A stretch of DNA of 64,000 nt from Macrostomum lignano (lineage: Eukaryota): assembly GCA_002269645.1 (NCBI GenBank), contig NIVC01001700.1:77923-141922 (forward strand). Reading direction: 5' to 3'. The first letter of the stretch is position 1, and every line of letters starts with the position of its first letter. Below the pieces are notes generated by a model, which had not been told where the DNA came from, ran no database searches, and worked only from the letters and a program-made list of their open reading frames with translations. The translations under genes and the position numbers were made by a program. Below, piece after piece: positions 1-12,440 of this stretch.

Positions 1-459
1 TCCCCTATTAGAATGGAATTTATCAACACAATCTTGAATAGGTCTCTATGCCTCTATTCAAGTTTATGTGATAAATCAATCCCCATGAAGAATCTCCCCA
101 CCCTAAAACCCATTCCCATGCGCCTGCGCCGGTGGTTGGTTTAAGCTACAACCCCCCCCCTATTAGAATTGGAATTTATCAGCACAATCTTGAATAGGTC
201 TCTATGCCTCTATTCAAGTTTATGTTGATAAAATCAATCCCCATGAAGAATCTCCCCACTCTAAAACCCCATTCCCCATCCCGCCCGGTGGTTGGTTTTA
301 AGCTACAACCCCTCCCCTATTAGAATTGGAATTTATCAGCACAATCTTGAATAGGTCTCTATGCCTCTATTCAAGTTTATGTTGATAAAATCAATCCCAT
401 GAAGAATCTCCCCACCCTAAAACCCCCATTCCCCATGCCCCTGGTGGTTTTAAGCTACA
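1..459. repeat. Tandem repeat, ~156-bp unit, about 3 copies, runs off the left window edge
   Basis: The motif TATTAGAAT(T)GGAATTTATCA recurs at 6, 161 and 318, each followed by the same GAATAGGTCTCTATGCCTCTATTCAAG block. Copies differ mainly by single-base indels. Confidence 0.9.
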
Positions 460-751
460 TATAATTGGGTTAAAGCTACCTAAAAATGGAGCTCAAATTT
501 GAAATCAGCACCATCAAAAACCCTTATAGAGACAAAATTATGATCCTATCCGAATTGAAACTATTTTATCAACATAAACTTGAAGAAGTCCAGGCCAACT
601 ATTCAACTAACTGATTGACTTGAAGGTTAAAACAAAATCTAAGTCCTTACCAGTAGACAGTGTTGCAGATTACAGTTATAGTTAATAACACTAGGCCTCA
701 TGATTAGGCTAGTCTAGTTAAATCTCATGGTTTATGAATTTAAGACAGGGC

Positions 752-1000
752 CTACTTCTTATGAAGCTCTTTATGCAAAGACGTCACTTCATCATGTCGT
801 TTTTGCAAAATGTTTTGAAATTCTTCATCGGTGATGTCTTTCGATTGTATGTTGTATCCGATGGAGGCGGCATACTCTCGTTTCCAATAGTTTCGAATCT
901 TGTTTCCAAAGTAAGGTTCAGCAGCAAAGCCAAAACAAATCATTGGAAACGCAACATACCAAAACATGCGGCCTACTTCCAGCTTCCAGTTCGGTGCCAT
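752..1000 (-). CDS. PET100: PET100-like mitochondrial cytochrome c oxidase assembly factor (82 aa, intronless)
   Basis: N-terminus MAPNWKLEVGRMFWYVAFP matches my recollection of the PET100 pattern (M-G-x-W-K-L-E-V-x-x-M-x-x-Y-x-x-F-P). It has one TM helix, a KRE motif, a charged helical C-tail and the expected length. Confidence 0.75.
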   Translation of the reverse strand: MAPNWKLEVGRMFWYVAFPMICFGFAAEPYFGNKIRNYWKREYAASIGYNIQSKDITDEEFQNILQKRHDEVTSLHKELHKK

Positions 1001-1509
1001 TGAAATTTCGGTTTGGTTTGATCCAGCGATTATCGGTTCAGTTTTTCTTAATTATAATGTGTTGGGTGTGTCGCCGTTCAAGGTAAATCTGCAAGTTTTA
1101 GAATGATTCGAAGAAAGTTGACTATTAAAAAATACCGTGTTTTAACAATTTTGGGTAATAACATTTTCAGTACATTTAGTCAAAATGACCTGTATAGCTT
1201 GTTATAATATATATTTTAGCTGTTTATAAGCTTTTAGTTACAAAACGTAACATTTTAACTGTAAATCTATTAATTAAAATCTGAAAACCTGAATATTGCA
1301 ATTAATATAAATTACGCGTAAGGCAATTACTACTCTCCCTAAATACCCTTAGTTTCCTTTATAAAGAATTTTACAGGCGTAAGAGCAATTACAATAACGG
1401 CTGAAGCGCGGCCGGGACCTAGTTCCGGCTAGGTCATGGTGCCCTGGAAAACTTAATAATTAACGAATACGCTCGAGTCGTGGATGATCCGGGCATCGTC
1501 ACTTTTATG

Positions 1510-1930
1510 TAAGGACCACTGTAGTATAACAGGACGTAAAACTCAATAGGTCATGCATTTTTGGAAGCCAATTTCCTGTATGCAACTTTTTTTACAAATA
1601 TACATGTGACTGTAAACGTACTTGATTAAAAAATTCACATGTGAATATTTACAACTTTGGCTTGGACTCATGAAATAAAAAAATGAAAATGAAACTTTCA
1701 CGAAACAACTATACAGAATACAACAGAGAGCAACATGTTTTGCGTGTTAAATTAAAGAATGGTAATCTTCACTTCCCCATATCAAATACAATTGAGTTGT
1801 GTTATCAAAAATAGTGATTTTGTCCTATCGATCCGCGATGTATTTTTGAGGAAGTTGGCCCCCTAAAAATTAAACGATCTTTGAGTTTAAGTCCAGTTTA
1901 ATTATGCGTCGTGGCAGGCAGTGGTCCTTA
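1510..1930. mobile_element. Candidate MITE (~420 bp) with 12-bp perfect terminal inverted repeats
   Basis: TAAGGACCACTG at 1510-1521 and its exact reverse complement CAGTGGTCCTTA at 1919-1930. The outer TA may be the target duplication. The interior is AT-rich and non-coding. Confidence 0.45.
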
Positions 1931-3289
1931 GCCAAAACAAAAAGTAGTACTAATGATGCGTACTGTATACATGTACGTATAGGAACTACACATAAACGGT
2001 AGCCGCTCAGGGCTCAAAACAGTCTCTTATTTATACGCCTGAGATCAGATATGTGAGAGTGATAGATGCGTGATATTGAAGGCAGTACCTTGTCCCTGAC
2101 CTCCGTTATCAATTGCAACCCCGATGACGTCACCCGTCAGCCGCGCTGTGATTGGACGAGCAATTGGGGTGGGCGCAGCGGAGAAAAATGATTTATTGAT
2201 GAGTTCGGCCTTTTTAAGCCTATAGCTTCGGGCCTCAGAACTCAGAAATGAATCACTTAGAACTCTGGCCTCTCACTCCTGTCAGATGGTCAGCCCCATG
2301 GTAGCTAGACTGTGGGCGAGCAGCAAGGTCCTATAGCTAAGAGAAGACAGCGAGAGACAAGCAGGGAGAATTTGAAAGGTAGAGATTAGCTAATCCGCAG
2401 ATTAACTAACCCGCTGCCACCAGTCCGTGCGCCCCGGCTCACCATACCGGAGCTATCGAAATCGGACTTCCGGCTAGAGGGGCACTGCATTTACCTGCCA
2501 TCTAGTGTCTTTTAGCTGTCTAAATCTCGAAGTCATAGCCGAATAGAAGGGACGCTGCTGGGACTAAGATCGCATTGGCCATGCAGGGACAGAGAGGACT
2601 ACTGCAGGGGGTTCTTGCGCTGGCGAGCCTCTATACACTACTAACTGTACTATTTCTTTACCAAATTCCAAGAAGTACATGTATAAGTACACGCAACTGC
2701 ACGCTTTTGGCACTAAATCTGTTAACACGTCGACAGATAGCGATGATGTAGATGTATTGTTACTTTTGGAGACCTTCTGACTAATATTTATCTCGTTTTA
2801 GCCGCTTAGCTGCCTGAGACCGCGCGAAAGCGCCAGTCTGGCACTTAATGCAAATGCTTAACAAGATTTCTGAGAACGACTGATTGACTGGGAACTGCGC
2901 CGCTTCCGGTCCACTGTGACCTCTGCCCCCTAGATCTAGCCACTCATCTCAGCTGGCATTGCGAAAAAGAAAGAAAAAATGAAGCCTTTAACTTCCAGAT
3001 TCAACTTTCTCACTTAATCCGCAATCCTAAACGCCTTAGATTGAGTCAGAGCGAATGGCTACTTTTAGTATTAAATGAAACTTCTGCCTCGAGCTTGGCA
3101 CACAAAAGCTTCTCAGGGCGATGATGCTTCTCAGGGCGAACTTAGCTGCTGAAGCCGGAACTGCCGGGGGAAGGGGGACCAGACGTCGAAGACGCAGCAG
3201 GTGCCAAAGGGGCCGTCTAAGACGGGGTTAGGACCGTGCAAGAAGGGAGGTCCAAGCAGGCCTTTTCAAGCGCGGGTCGAGTTGCCGCC

Positions 3290-3421
3290 TTTTATAGCTC
3301 TGATGCGGCCGATTTGTTATAACGCGCGCCGAATTTTCTGATTGGCTGAGAGCTTTTGTTAATATAGGCGCCGAATTTTCTGATTGGTCGAGCCGGGGGC
3401 AGTCAGGTCGACTCTGATTGG
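3290..3421 (-). promoter_or_regulatory. LTR-U3-like promoter: three CCAAT boxes followed by TATAAAA
   Basis: Plus-strand ATTGG at 3341, 3383 and 3417 (CCAAT on minus), then TATAAAA on minus at 3296-3290. A 20-bp direct repeat GCGCCGAATTTTCTGATTGG occurs at 3326 and 3368. Confidence 0.45.
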
Positions 3422-5409
3422 CTGAGCTCAAGACCCCAAAACCCACCCCACCAGGTGGCCTTCAGACCCCAGGGAAGATGACAGGTGCAGTCATAAATCA
3501 TGCGCAAAACATAATAAAAGTCACTTGTCTAGACATCCTGGCGCCAAAAGTGACAGCAAAACACCCATAAATTAAAAGAGAAAGTAACAGAGCGAGTGGG
3601 GAGAAAGCTGGAAAGACCTCTTTGACCCAGACAGGCTGGAGCCAAAATTAACAGCTAGACCGCCATAAATCACTGAGAACAGTGAGAAAGCCACTAATCT
3701 GGGGGTCAGAATGGGGTTGAAACCATTCCTCCCAGACTTAGTGTCGCCCGTCTAGACTGCTAGAGGTCAATCCGTCTCAAACCCAGACAGTCTGACCTTC
3801 AAAGATGCGTAAACAATCCAAAATTAGAATCCTAAGAGAAGTACATTGAGTATTTATCATAATTAATAGTGATGGCATAAATTAATGTAGAACTTAGCCT
3901 GGATGAGAGAATGGAGAGAGATTCCTAAGCTAGCCTACTGACAGTAGGGGAAAAGCGCATCGAAGCGAAATGTGCGGTTTTAAGATTGCAAAAAGATGCG
4001 TCCTCATCATTATGATGGGGATTACGCAACAGGCAGGAAAAAGCTTGGGGAAATAGGGGGGGTCATAAAACTGTCTCACGCATGAATGATTTCGAACAAT
4101 ATGGAAAGGAGTTGGAGTTGGTGCGCAAGGGGTGGGGTGGGCGATAACCATGAGTCATCATGATGACTCATTCCAATTCAAGGAGTCATCACGGGGGTGC
4201 AGGAATCACAGGGAATGAAGGGATGATACGCAAAAATTAGTGGGGGGGGCAGCACGTGCCGAAACTTGATTCAAGAAAGAACGGAACAATCACAAGAACA
4301 AGCTAATGCCACTAGTGAAAATTTACAACTTGTACTTACGGAATAAAAAATGCTTTCTACAATATTGCACCATTTTCTCGGTTGGAAAACAAAAGCACTC
4401 ATGTATTTGCACCCTCTCTTTGATCCTGAGTTTTAGTCATCGACGCAAGCGGGCGAAGACGTCCGTGATTAAGAGACTCGACGCGACGACAGCCAATTCG
4501 ACGAGCATATATCTGAGAGCATTTCCACTGCTAATAATAATGACAAAAATGGGTGCGGACACGAATTTGGACAAGTTTTTTCTGACAAAGCCATATGCTA
4601 CACAACTTCTCTACAGTAGCGTGTGGGCATGCAAGCTGCTCGCTCAAACAAGTTGTTTCATTTCCTGTCCTAAACCCATAAAGATCTCATATCCGGTGTG
4701 TCTTTTCTCGCGCTTGGCATTTAACTTGTATCTATAGCGATTCTTTTATTGTACGCATAGTTTACTTTGGCCCCATTATAAGCGCGCAGCGTATTAATAA
4801 ATTGATGAGAAACTGGCATCAAGAAAGTGATGGTCTAAAAATAATATCCAAGGATGATCAAATCCATGAAACAAAGAAAAAAAGCGTTTAGTGAAAAGTC
4901 TGCAATACGACACTAAGTCACTATTAAGGTACTTTTTATCTAGCTGTGCACCCACTTATAGTGGATAAATTAAACAAGCGTTATCCATCAATTCGCAATC
5001 AATTTCACAGATTCTCTACCTCGTAATGCAGCTTAAGTTCATGGCGGTCAAGCCGAGTTTTAGAACTCATCCAGCATTTATTAATTTATGCAAACAAGCT
5101 CTCGATCTTGGCCCATAATTTCTTGGTTGAAGCAGCTGCTATGCCGGAATAGAACGCAGTGAAACTGGTATAAGCAAGTTTTCACCCCGATGATTGGCTG
5201 TTCAATTCTCTGGGGACGCGAACGACCGACTGCATTGGCACATGCAGGGCTTGACAGCAGCGGGATTCTCCCCAAAATCACATGAAGTCGAACCCGCTGC
5301 ACCAAGGGAACTCAGAGGTCAAAATGGAGCTGTGTTATTTATTATCATATTTTTTTCTCGTTGTCCATTGGTGTCGGATGATTGCTTCATTTTCTCCCAG
5401 CTGCTTCCG

Positions 5410-7252
5410 ATAAAGCTGCACATCTTCGCGCTGCAAGTGAGTCCCGCGTCCTTAAACACAGTCAGGACTTTCCGCAGGTTCCTTAAATGACTCGCTTCGT
5501 CTTGACCAGTAACGATGACGTCGTCAATGCAGGCTGCGCAGTGCTCGATGCCAACGAATAGACCGTCCATGACGCGCTGGAACATGCTGGGAGCCGTTGA
5601 AACCCCAAAAGGCAGTCATGTGTAGCGCAGCAGCCCCAGTGAGGTGTTGATAGTGCACAACTTTTGTGCGGCCTCGTCCAACGGAAGCTGTTGAAACGCC
5701 TGGCTGAGATCAATCTTCGAGAACTTCTTCCCGCCTGACAGTCGTGAGAAGAGCTCGTCAATGTTTGGCAGCGGGTATCCGTCCGGTTCTACGGCGGCGT
5801 TCACGGTCTGCTTGAAGTCGGCGCACACCTGGAGCCCGCCGTCAGACTTCATCACAGGGACGATCGGCGATGCCCAGTTGGACGACTTTACCGGTTGCAG
5901 AATCCCCTGGCTGATCTCCTTGCGTAGCTGTTGCTCCACCTTCTCTTTCAGTGCGAAGGGCACGGAGCGGGCCTTGAAAAACCGAGGATGCGCTCCTTCC
6001 TTGATGGCAATGGATAGAGGGGCGCCGTTGAATGTCCCCAGTTCCTTGAACACCTCGGGGAACTCACGCTGCACTTTTTCGATGTCGGAAGCCATTGAGG
6101 ACAGTCGTTGAACTGACCGCCAGTCCAGGCGCAGGCTGTGCAGCCAGTCCCTGCCGAGGAGATTCGGTCCGCTGCCGCCACAACTAGCAGTGGCAGCTGC
6201 AAGTGACTGTCCTGTGCCGCTACTTTGACATGGACAATCAATCTGCCAAGAATCTCGACGGCCTGGCCTGAATACGTGTTGAGACGGATGTCGGTTGATT
6301 CCAGCTGAGGTTCGCTCAGAAGCTTCTGGCGGTACGTCCGCTCGGAGACCAGTGACACGGAGGCGCCGGTGTCGATTTCCATCTTGCAGTCCTTCCCGTC
6401 GATCAGCAGACGAGTCGTGTAGGGCGGGACTTTACTTGGCTTCTTCGCATTGCCGATGTGATAGAGGGAGTAGGCGGTTCCGGGCGACTCCTGATCGCTT
6501 CCTTCCTCGACCTGGTGAGTTTGCTGATGCTGCTGCTGACGCGGCTGACGCGGTTGCTTCCATGCCTTGGATGCGTGCCCAGTCTTGTTGCAGTTGAAGC
6601 AGCGCCTGTTTAGAAACAGACATTGGCTAGGAAGGTGTCGAGATGACAGGCACCTGCTGCACGGCTTCCGGTCGCTATCAGACTGTTTCAGCTTCAGCAC
6701 AGCATCATCCGGCCGTCTATTCGTCTCTCCAGTCGCGCAGAGAACCTTACAGAAGCCCGCGGCCGACTCGTTAGTGAGTGTAATGTCTGTGGCGGACTGC
6801 AGCGTCAGAGATGCCTGAGATAGAAGCTGGCGCTGAATCTGCTGGTCGTTTATGCCACAGACGAGGCGATCACGCAGCATGTCGTCCAGCACGGTGCCGA
6901 AGTTGCAGTGCTCGGACAGCTTCCTGAGCTCCGCTATGTACGCAGACACGGACTCGTCCGACTGACGAACGCGGTTGTGGAACATGAAGCGCTGCACGAT
7001 TTCTGACTGCTTCGGGTTGAAATGTTTCTTTAGGAGCTCGCAGATCTGCGCATAGGACTTGTCTGTGAGCTTGTCTGGCGAGCACAGGTTCCTAGCTGCT
7101 TTGAATGTCTCACAGCCACATACGCTAAGCAGTAGAGCTCGCTTCTTGGTGTCATTTTCTACGTCGTTGGCTAGGAAATGCTGCTCAAGGCGTTCCTGAT
7201 ACTCAGGCCAGGATTCAACGGCGACGTCAAAAACGTCGAATCTAGAAGCCAT
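5410..7252 (-). pseudogene. Disabled gag-pol ORF
   Basis: A frameshift near 6180 (LPLLVV resumes as GGSGPNLLGRDWL in another frame). An in-frame TGA at 5618-5616 sits where RYT-R-LPFG expects Arg. YxDD reads CIDD, and the second zinc knuckle ends in W instead of C. Confidence 0.88.
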
Positions 7253-7256
7253 TAAG

Positions 7257-7274
7257 ATCCCATCCTCGTCGCCA
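7257..7274 (-). promoter_or_regulatory. Primer-binding site complementary to tRNA-Ser(GCU)
   Basis: Minus strand reads TGGCGACGAGGATGGGAT, an 18-nt match to the conserved metazoan tRNA-Ser(GCU) 3' end ...AUCCCAUCCUCGUCGCCA (recalled sequence). It lies 1 nt after the LTR end and 4 nt before the gag ATG. Confidence 0.88.
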
Positions 7275-7275
7275 C

Positions 7276-7471
7276 TGTAATAACTCACACGGACTCCACT
7301 GGTTAAGTAAGTTAGAACTTTCGAGAAAACTTGAGCGGCTGCACGCGCATATATATTTAATAAGCACGACGTACGTTAGTACACGATACACGTACACGCG
7401 AGGACGAGCAATCAATGAGGTGTAAATACGAGCTACTTAAACAAAAATCAACGTGCCCACGCAACCCTACA
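7276..7471 (-). repeat. 5' LTR (196 bp) of the Gypsy element
   Basis: On minus it starts TGTAGGG and ends TATTACA (TGTA...TACA inverted termini). It contains ATTAAA and a TATA-like tract and directly abuts the PBS. Confidence 0.75.
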
Positions 7472-8134
7472 CCCCCAAGCAACCTCAGATCAGTCCAGTG
7501 GCACTTTGCCACAGACTCAGTGTACCTTTTCTACCTTTTTTCTAGACAAGAGAAATGAAGAAATGAACGACTGGACTGAGATGATCATTTTTTCTTAGCA
7601 CATCTTGAGCGTAATCCCCAATTAAGGAGCGAACAAGTTTCCATGTGCTTTCTAATCCAATCGCTCATTGATGCTTGAGGCAAAGGGCTCTAGTGAGATG
7701 GATTAGTAACTTGTTGCGGTACGATTTAAGATGGACCATTTAAACAAATTCCTGCAGTCACTGTCCTCCAATTTATCCCCTCTGGCTCTGGTCTATCGCT
7801 GGCCACAGTGCATTTCGTGCCTGTTTATTTGTCCAGATTCTAAACATGGCAATTTCTACACAGACAACCCCGCGTCCGTCCCATTCCCTGAACATTTCTG
7901 ATTCCCAGAATTAACAAAATATTTACAAAAAAATCAAACCCAACTTGGTAGAAAAGCAACGTCCAAAATCTGCAGCAAAGAACAAGCTGAAGCCACAATG
8001 GGACAGAAATCCCCCCAGCAGGCAGATCCTGATTGGCTGAGAGCGCTTTCTCCGTCACTATAACATTTGGGCCTCGCTTCTGGGCCAGAAAATATTCTTA
8101 CAAGGACGATACAAAAACTGAAAAGCTTCAAGTT

Positions 8135-9294
8135 ATGATGAGCCAAGCGATACAGGAGGCTCCCATGAACTCAAGCGTCGGAGTTGAAAACGCCAGCAGC
8201 GCCGCTTACGGACTGCTAGAAGTTCAGCCGGAGGACGCCCTGATTGGCTGCCTGCTCGCACTGCTAGCCTGCGGCACAGTGCTAGGCAACGGCCTAGTGA
8301 TGCTGGCAGTGCTCAGCGAGCCCTGTCTCAGGACCGTTACTAACTACTTAATAGTTTCCCTAGCAACCGCCGACCTGCTCATGGGCGCAGTCGTGATGCC
8401 ATTCGCGGCCATCGCCCAGGCCACCCGCGAGCGCTGGCTGTTCGGACCGACCTGGTGCGATCTTTGGCACGCATTCGACGTGCTGAGCTCTACGGCCAGC
8501 ATCCTCAACCTGTGCATGATCGCGCTGGAGCGCTACTGGGCCGTGCGCAACCCGATGCGCTATCCCAGCCGCGTTACCAAGCGCCGCTGCGTGGCAATGA
8601 TCGCAGCCGTGTGGCTTTGCTCCAGCCTCATCAGCTTCCCCGCCATCGCTTGGTGGCGAGTCACCAGCCCGACCAGCCGCTTGCCCGGCGTGTGCAGCTT
8701 CACCAGCGACCCGGCCTACCTCATCTGCTCCTCCCTGGTGTCTTTCTATGCGCCCCTGTTAGTCATGGTGTTTGTCTATTGCAAAATCTACCGTACCGCC
8801 GCGCGTCTGGTCCGCAGCTGGCGCGACGGCGCCAAAGTCCTGCGCGGACACGGCGAGCAAGCAACCGTTGTGCTTCGAATTCACCGGGGCGGCGGCGGTC
8901 GCGGATTGGCTGAGGAGGTCGCCGACGACGCTGCAGACGATGCCGGAGCGGTAGAACATCACCGCGGCGGCGGCGGTGGCGGCTCGGCAACCCGGCGCAA
9001 GCAGTTCGCCAGATTCTCCCGCGAACGACGCGCCGCCAAGACTCTGGGCATTGTGATGGGCGTCTTCATCGCCTGCTGGCTGCCGTTCTTCGTCTGCAGC
9101 TCGCTGCTGGCGCTCAGCCTGAGCCTCGGCCCGCATGAGAAATCTCTTCTGGCCGTGGTGACCTGGCTGGGCTACTGCAACAGCGCCGTAAACCCAGTGA
9201 TCTACGCTCACTCGATGCGAGACTTCCGGCGCGCCTTCCTGCGCCTGCTGCGCTGCCGGCGGCGTCACCATCGGCCGGCGGTTTCAGCGACAAC

Positions 9295-9335
<41 letters not shown>

Positions 9336-9484
9336 TCAGACAGCGACAGCTCCTGCAGCATCGCCGAGCAGTTGAGGTTCAAAGCGGAGAGCTTCGCCAA
9401 TTGCGCACCTGCCCGGATCAAATTGCTGACGTCAGCAACTCGCTGACAGCTGGGGGAGCTGCAGAAGTCAGCGTTTCTCTGTGA
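8135..9484 (+). CDS. Dop1R2: Intronless biogenic-amine GPCR, invertebrate-type dopamine receptor (Dop1R2/DAMB class), ~449 aa, C-terminal Q13
   Basis: Seven TMs with class-typical motifs TNYLIVSLATADL, WCDLWHAFDVL (Asp3.32), LISFPAIAWWR, SSLVSFY (TM5 serines), LRIHRGG, AAKTLGIVMGVF, CWLPFF and NPVIY. N-terminal N-glycosylation sequons NSS and NAS. Start taken at ATG 8135, as the track start at 8033 is not ATG. Confidence 0.9.
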
Positions 9485-9769
9485 CTGCCTTATTATTTAC
9501 AGATATGGGCAGTAAATGTGTTTTTTATTTGCGGCTTTTAACTGATTTGACAGATACATTTTCTCACCCAACCGGGTCAATGGTTTTTCGCTCGCCGCAA
9601 GTTAAGCAGTGTTGCCTGCGGTTAGCAAGCAACTGATTAAGCTGTTTGCGTCACTCCTCAGAAGAGTCACCGTGAGCTGGCGGCAACTTTAGCGGAGCTG
9701 CTGGTCACCCTGTTTTGAATGCATTGCAACCTCTGAGCTGCACAAACTATACGAGCGTAGCCTTCTGCT

Positions 9770-10130
9770 GGGGCCGTCGCCCAGTGGTCTGGTGCGGCGC
9801 TCTGGTGTGCCAGCGGCCCAGACTCGATTCCAAGTGCAGTCAACATTGATTTGGGGCTAAATTGGAATCTCGGCTTGGCTCTGCTCGTGCAATTAACGCC
9901 CAGCTTGAAGGCCAACCCCCAAGGCACAGTGAAGTGTACATGCCTAACGATAAATAAAATTAGGACCGCTGTACACTCCTGTGTGAGTGTGTGCCTGTGC
10001 GATGACCGTACGTATCCGCGCGCTTGTGTGCCTGCTCAGGGGAGTCGGCGGAATGGGCAGTAATGCCTCTCGCCGGCTGTGTGACAATGTCGCTTCAAGT
10101 GCACCAGGGTGCACACGGCCCCCTACTGTT
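9770..10130 (+). mobile_element. tRNA-derived SINE, family A, copy 1
   Basis: A-box-like TCGCCCAGTGG and B-box-like GACTCGATTCC in the head. About 350 bp are near-identical to 20779-21136. Confidence 0.8.
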
Positions 10131-10827
10131 AATTAAAAATAACAGCCCTCTGATGCTCTCTTTGTTGCACACCGGGTCACCTTTTAGAGGGTCAGAATTT
10201 CTGTTTCTTCTATATTTTCGAAATAAAGCGAATTAATTATAGTTCAGGAAAAATTCTGCTAATGTCGATGCAAAAACTTTTTAAACTTCATAAAAACTTG
10301 TGCGAAGTCTGCGTTGGGAAGCCATAAAATCGCCTATCAGTTGAGAAATTTTACAGCAAGACTAAAATAGGCTAATTTTGCGCGAACACGAACGTAACGA
10401 ACAGCTTGATCACGTGATAGACTTTGTCAATGTAGCTCGCTATCATGCAACGAGATTCCTTTTTTATCCGCTATGATGCCCTCGAATTTTCGCCCAACCC
10501 GCCGTCAACCCAAGCACCTGGATGTAGCCAAACCGCTTTTTTACAATCATTTCCACCGCCTGCAAATCCATCACACGGATATTGACGCAGTGCTGGCATT
10601 CGCAGACCCTTTTCCGGGCTCATCCCTTACCATGGGGATGGGGGCAAGGCCTAAACGTGGGAGATTTTAAACATCCCCGAATCGCCACGGGAGCGGGGCA
10701 ATGCCTAAAAACCCGGTGTCTGGGCAAACAGACCTGTGCGCGATGAAAATGAAAACCCAGACCACTAGCCAGGATCCGGTGCGTCTGTTTGTCCGTCTGA
10801 CTACAACGTAGCCCGGGTAGCCCTGCA

Positions 10828-11337
10828 GACGCTTCAGCTGGGCCTTCCTGATGCTTCAGCTGGCCCTTCCTGATGCTTCAGCTGGCTCCCTTCCTGATGC
10901 TTCAGCTGGCTCCCTTCCTGATGCTTCAGCTGGCTCCCTTCCTGATGCTTCAGCTGGCTCCCTTCCTGATGCTTCAGCTGGCTCCCTTCCTGATGCTTCA
11001 GCTGGCTCCCTTCCTGATGCTTCAGCTGGCTCCCTTCCTGATGCTTCAGCTGGCTCCCTTCCTGATGCTTCAGCTGGCTCCCTTCCTGATGCTTCAGCTG
11101 GCTCCCTTCCTGATGCTTCAGCTGGCTCCCTTCCTGATGCTTCAGCTGGCTCCCTTCCTGATGCTTCAGCTGGCTCCCTTCCTGATGCTTCAGCTGGCTC
11201 CCTTCCTGATGCTTCAGCTGGCTCCCTTCCTGATGCTTCAGCTGGCTCCCTTCCTGATGCTTCAGCTGGCTCCCTTCCTGATGCTTCAGCTGGCTCTTCC
11301 TGATGCTTCAGCTGGCCCTTCCCGATGCTTCAGCTGC
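10828..11337. repeat. Minisatellite, 24-bp unit CTTCCTGATGCTTCAGCTGGCTCC, ~20 copies
   Basis: Direct reading; the central copies are identical. Confidence 0.95.
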
Positions 11338-11749
11338 TACCGCAGTTCCATCCAGTACCAATTTATTCACAGCACAACAGCAACTTCCATAGAAGACTAC
11401 ACAGTAGTTACTAAGCAGTCAGCCTAATGTAGGAAATTGTACTTTTACAAAGGCGAAATTGCTTGAGAGACTGAAAGCGACCAAAAAGGTCAGGCGTCAC
11501 AGGTAATGAGTCTCAAGGAAATTCAACCAGCCCCCCGGCTTCGTGAAATGAAAGGAAAAAATTGCACCAGCAATTAGCAGAATGGGACTCGCGAGATCGA
11601 TGTCGAAGAGCTGCTGAAAGTGGCAAAAATTTTAGGGGAACGCCAAATTCTCCGGCACCAGCTCGCTCCTCTCGAAGTCAGAAATTGCGCCTCGAGCGGG
11701 AATGAGCAGTTTTAGCAGCCGCTCGGAGTAATGGGGCTGGAGAATTCAG

Positions 11750-12440
11750 GCTCTCGCTTCTCTCCCTCTCCCCTTCTCTACCTCTCCCTCTTCTCTCCCT
11801 CTCCCCTTCTCTCCCTCTCCCCTTCTCTCCCTCTCCCCTTCTCTCCCTCTCCCCTTCTCTCCCTCTCCCCTTTTCTCCCTCTCCCCTTCTCTCCCTCTCC
11901 CCTTCTCTCCCTCTCTCTCTTCTCTCCCTCCCCCCTTCTCTTCCTCTCCCCTTCTCTCCCTCTCCCTTTCTTTTCCTATCCCCTTCTCTCCCTCTCCCCT
12001 TCTCTCCCTCTCTCTCTTCTCTCCCTCCCCCCTTCTCTTCCTCTCCCCTTCTCTCCCTCTCCCTTTCTTTTCCTATCCCCTTCTCTCCCTCTCCCCTTCT
12101 CTCCCTCTCCCCTTCTCTCCCTCTCCCCTTCTCTCCCTCTCCCTCTTCTCTCCCTCTCCCCTTCTCTCCCTGTCCCCTTCTCTCCCTCTCCCTCTTCTCT
12201 CCCTGTCCCCTTCTCTCCCTCTCCCCTTCTCTCCCTCTCCCCTTCTCTCCCTCTCCCCTTCTCTCCCTCTCCCCTTCTCTCCCTCTCCCCTTCTCTCCCT
12301 CTCCCCTTCTCTCCCTCTCCCTCTTCTCTCCCTCTCCCCTTCTCTCCCTCTCCCCTTCTCTCCCTCTCCCCTTCTCTCCCTCTCCCCTTCTCTTCCTCTC
12401 CCTCTTCTATCCCTCTCTTCTCCCCCTCTCCCTTTCACTT
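11750..12440. repeat. Polypyrimidine/polypurine tract, ~16-bp unit CCTTCTCTCCCTCTCC
   Basis: About 690 bp almost entirely C/T on the plus strand. Confidence 0.95.

Larger units (their letters stand above)
5410..7471 (-). mobile_element. Ty3/Gypsy (Mag/K02A2.6-like) LTR retrotransposon, 3'-truncated: 5' LTR, PBS, gag, protease, partial RT
   Basis: Gag starts MASRFDVFD (ATG 7252) with the LRDRLVCG motif and two CCHC knuckles. Protease motif IDTGAS. RT motifs WASPIVPV, CADFK, FSKIDL, LPFG, (C)IDD. Similarity stops after KMCSF at about 5410, so RNase H, integrase and the 3' LTR are absent. Confidence 0.92.

Noticed and set aside
4750-5410. Possible hAT dimerisation-domain remnant or Gypsy RNase H continuation
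   Set aside because: Motif matches are too weak in all frames.
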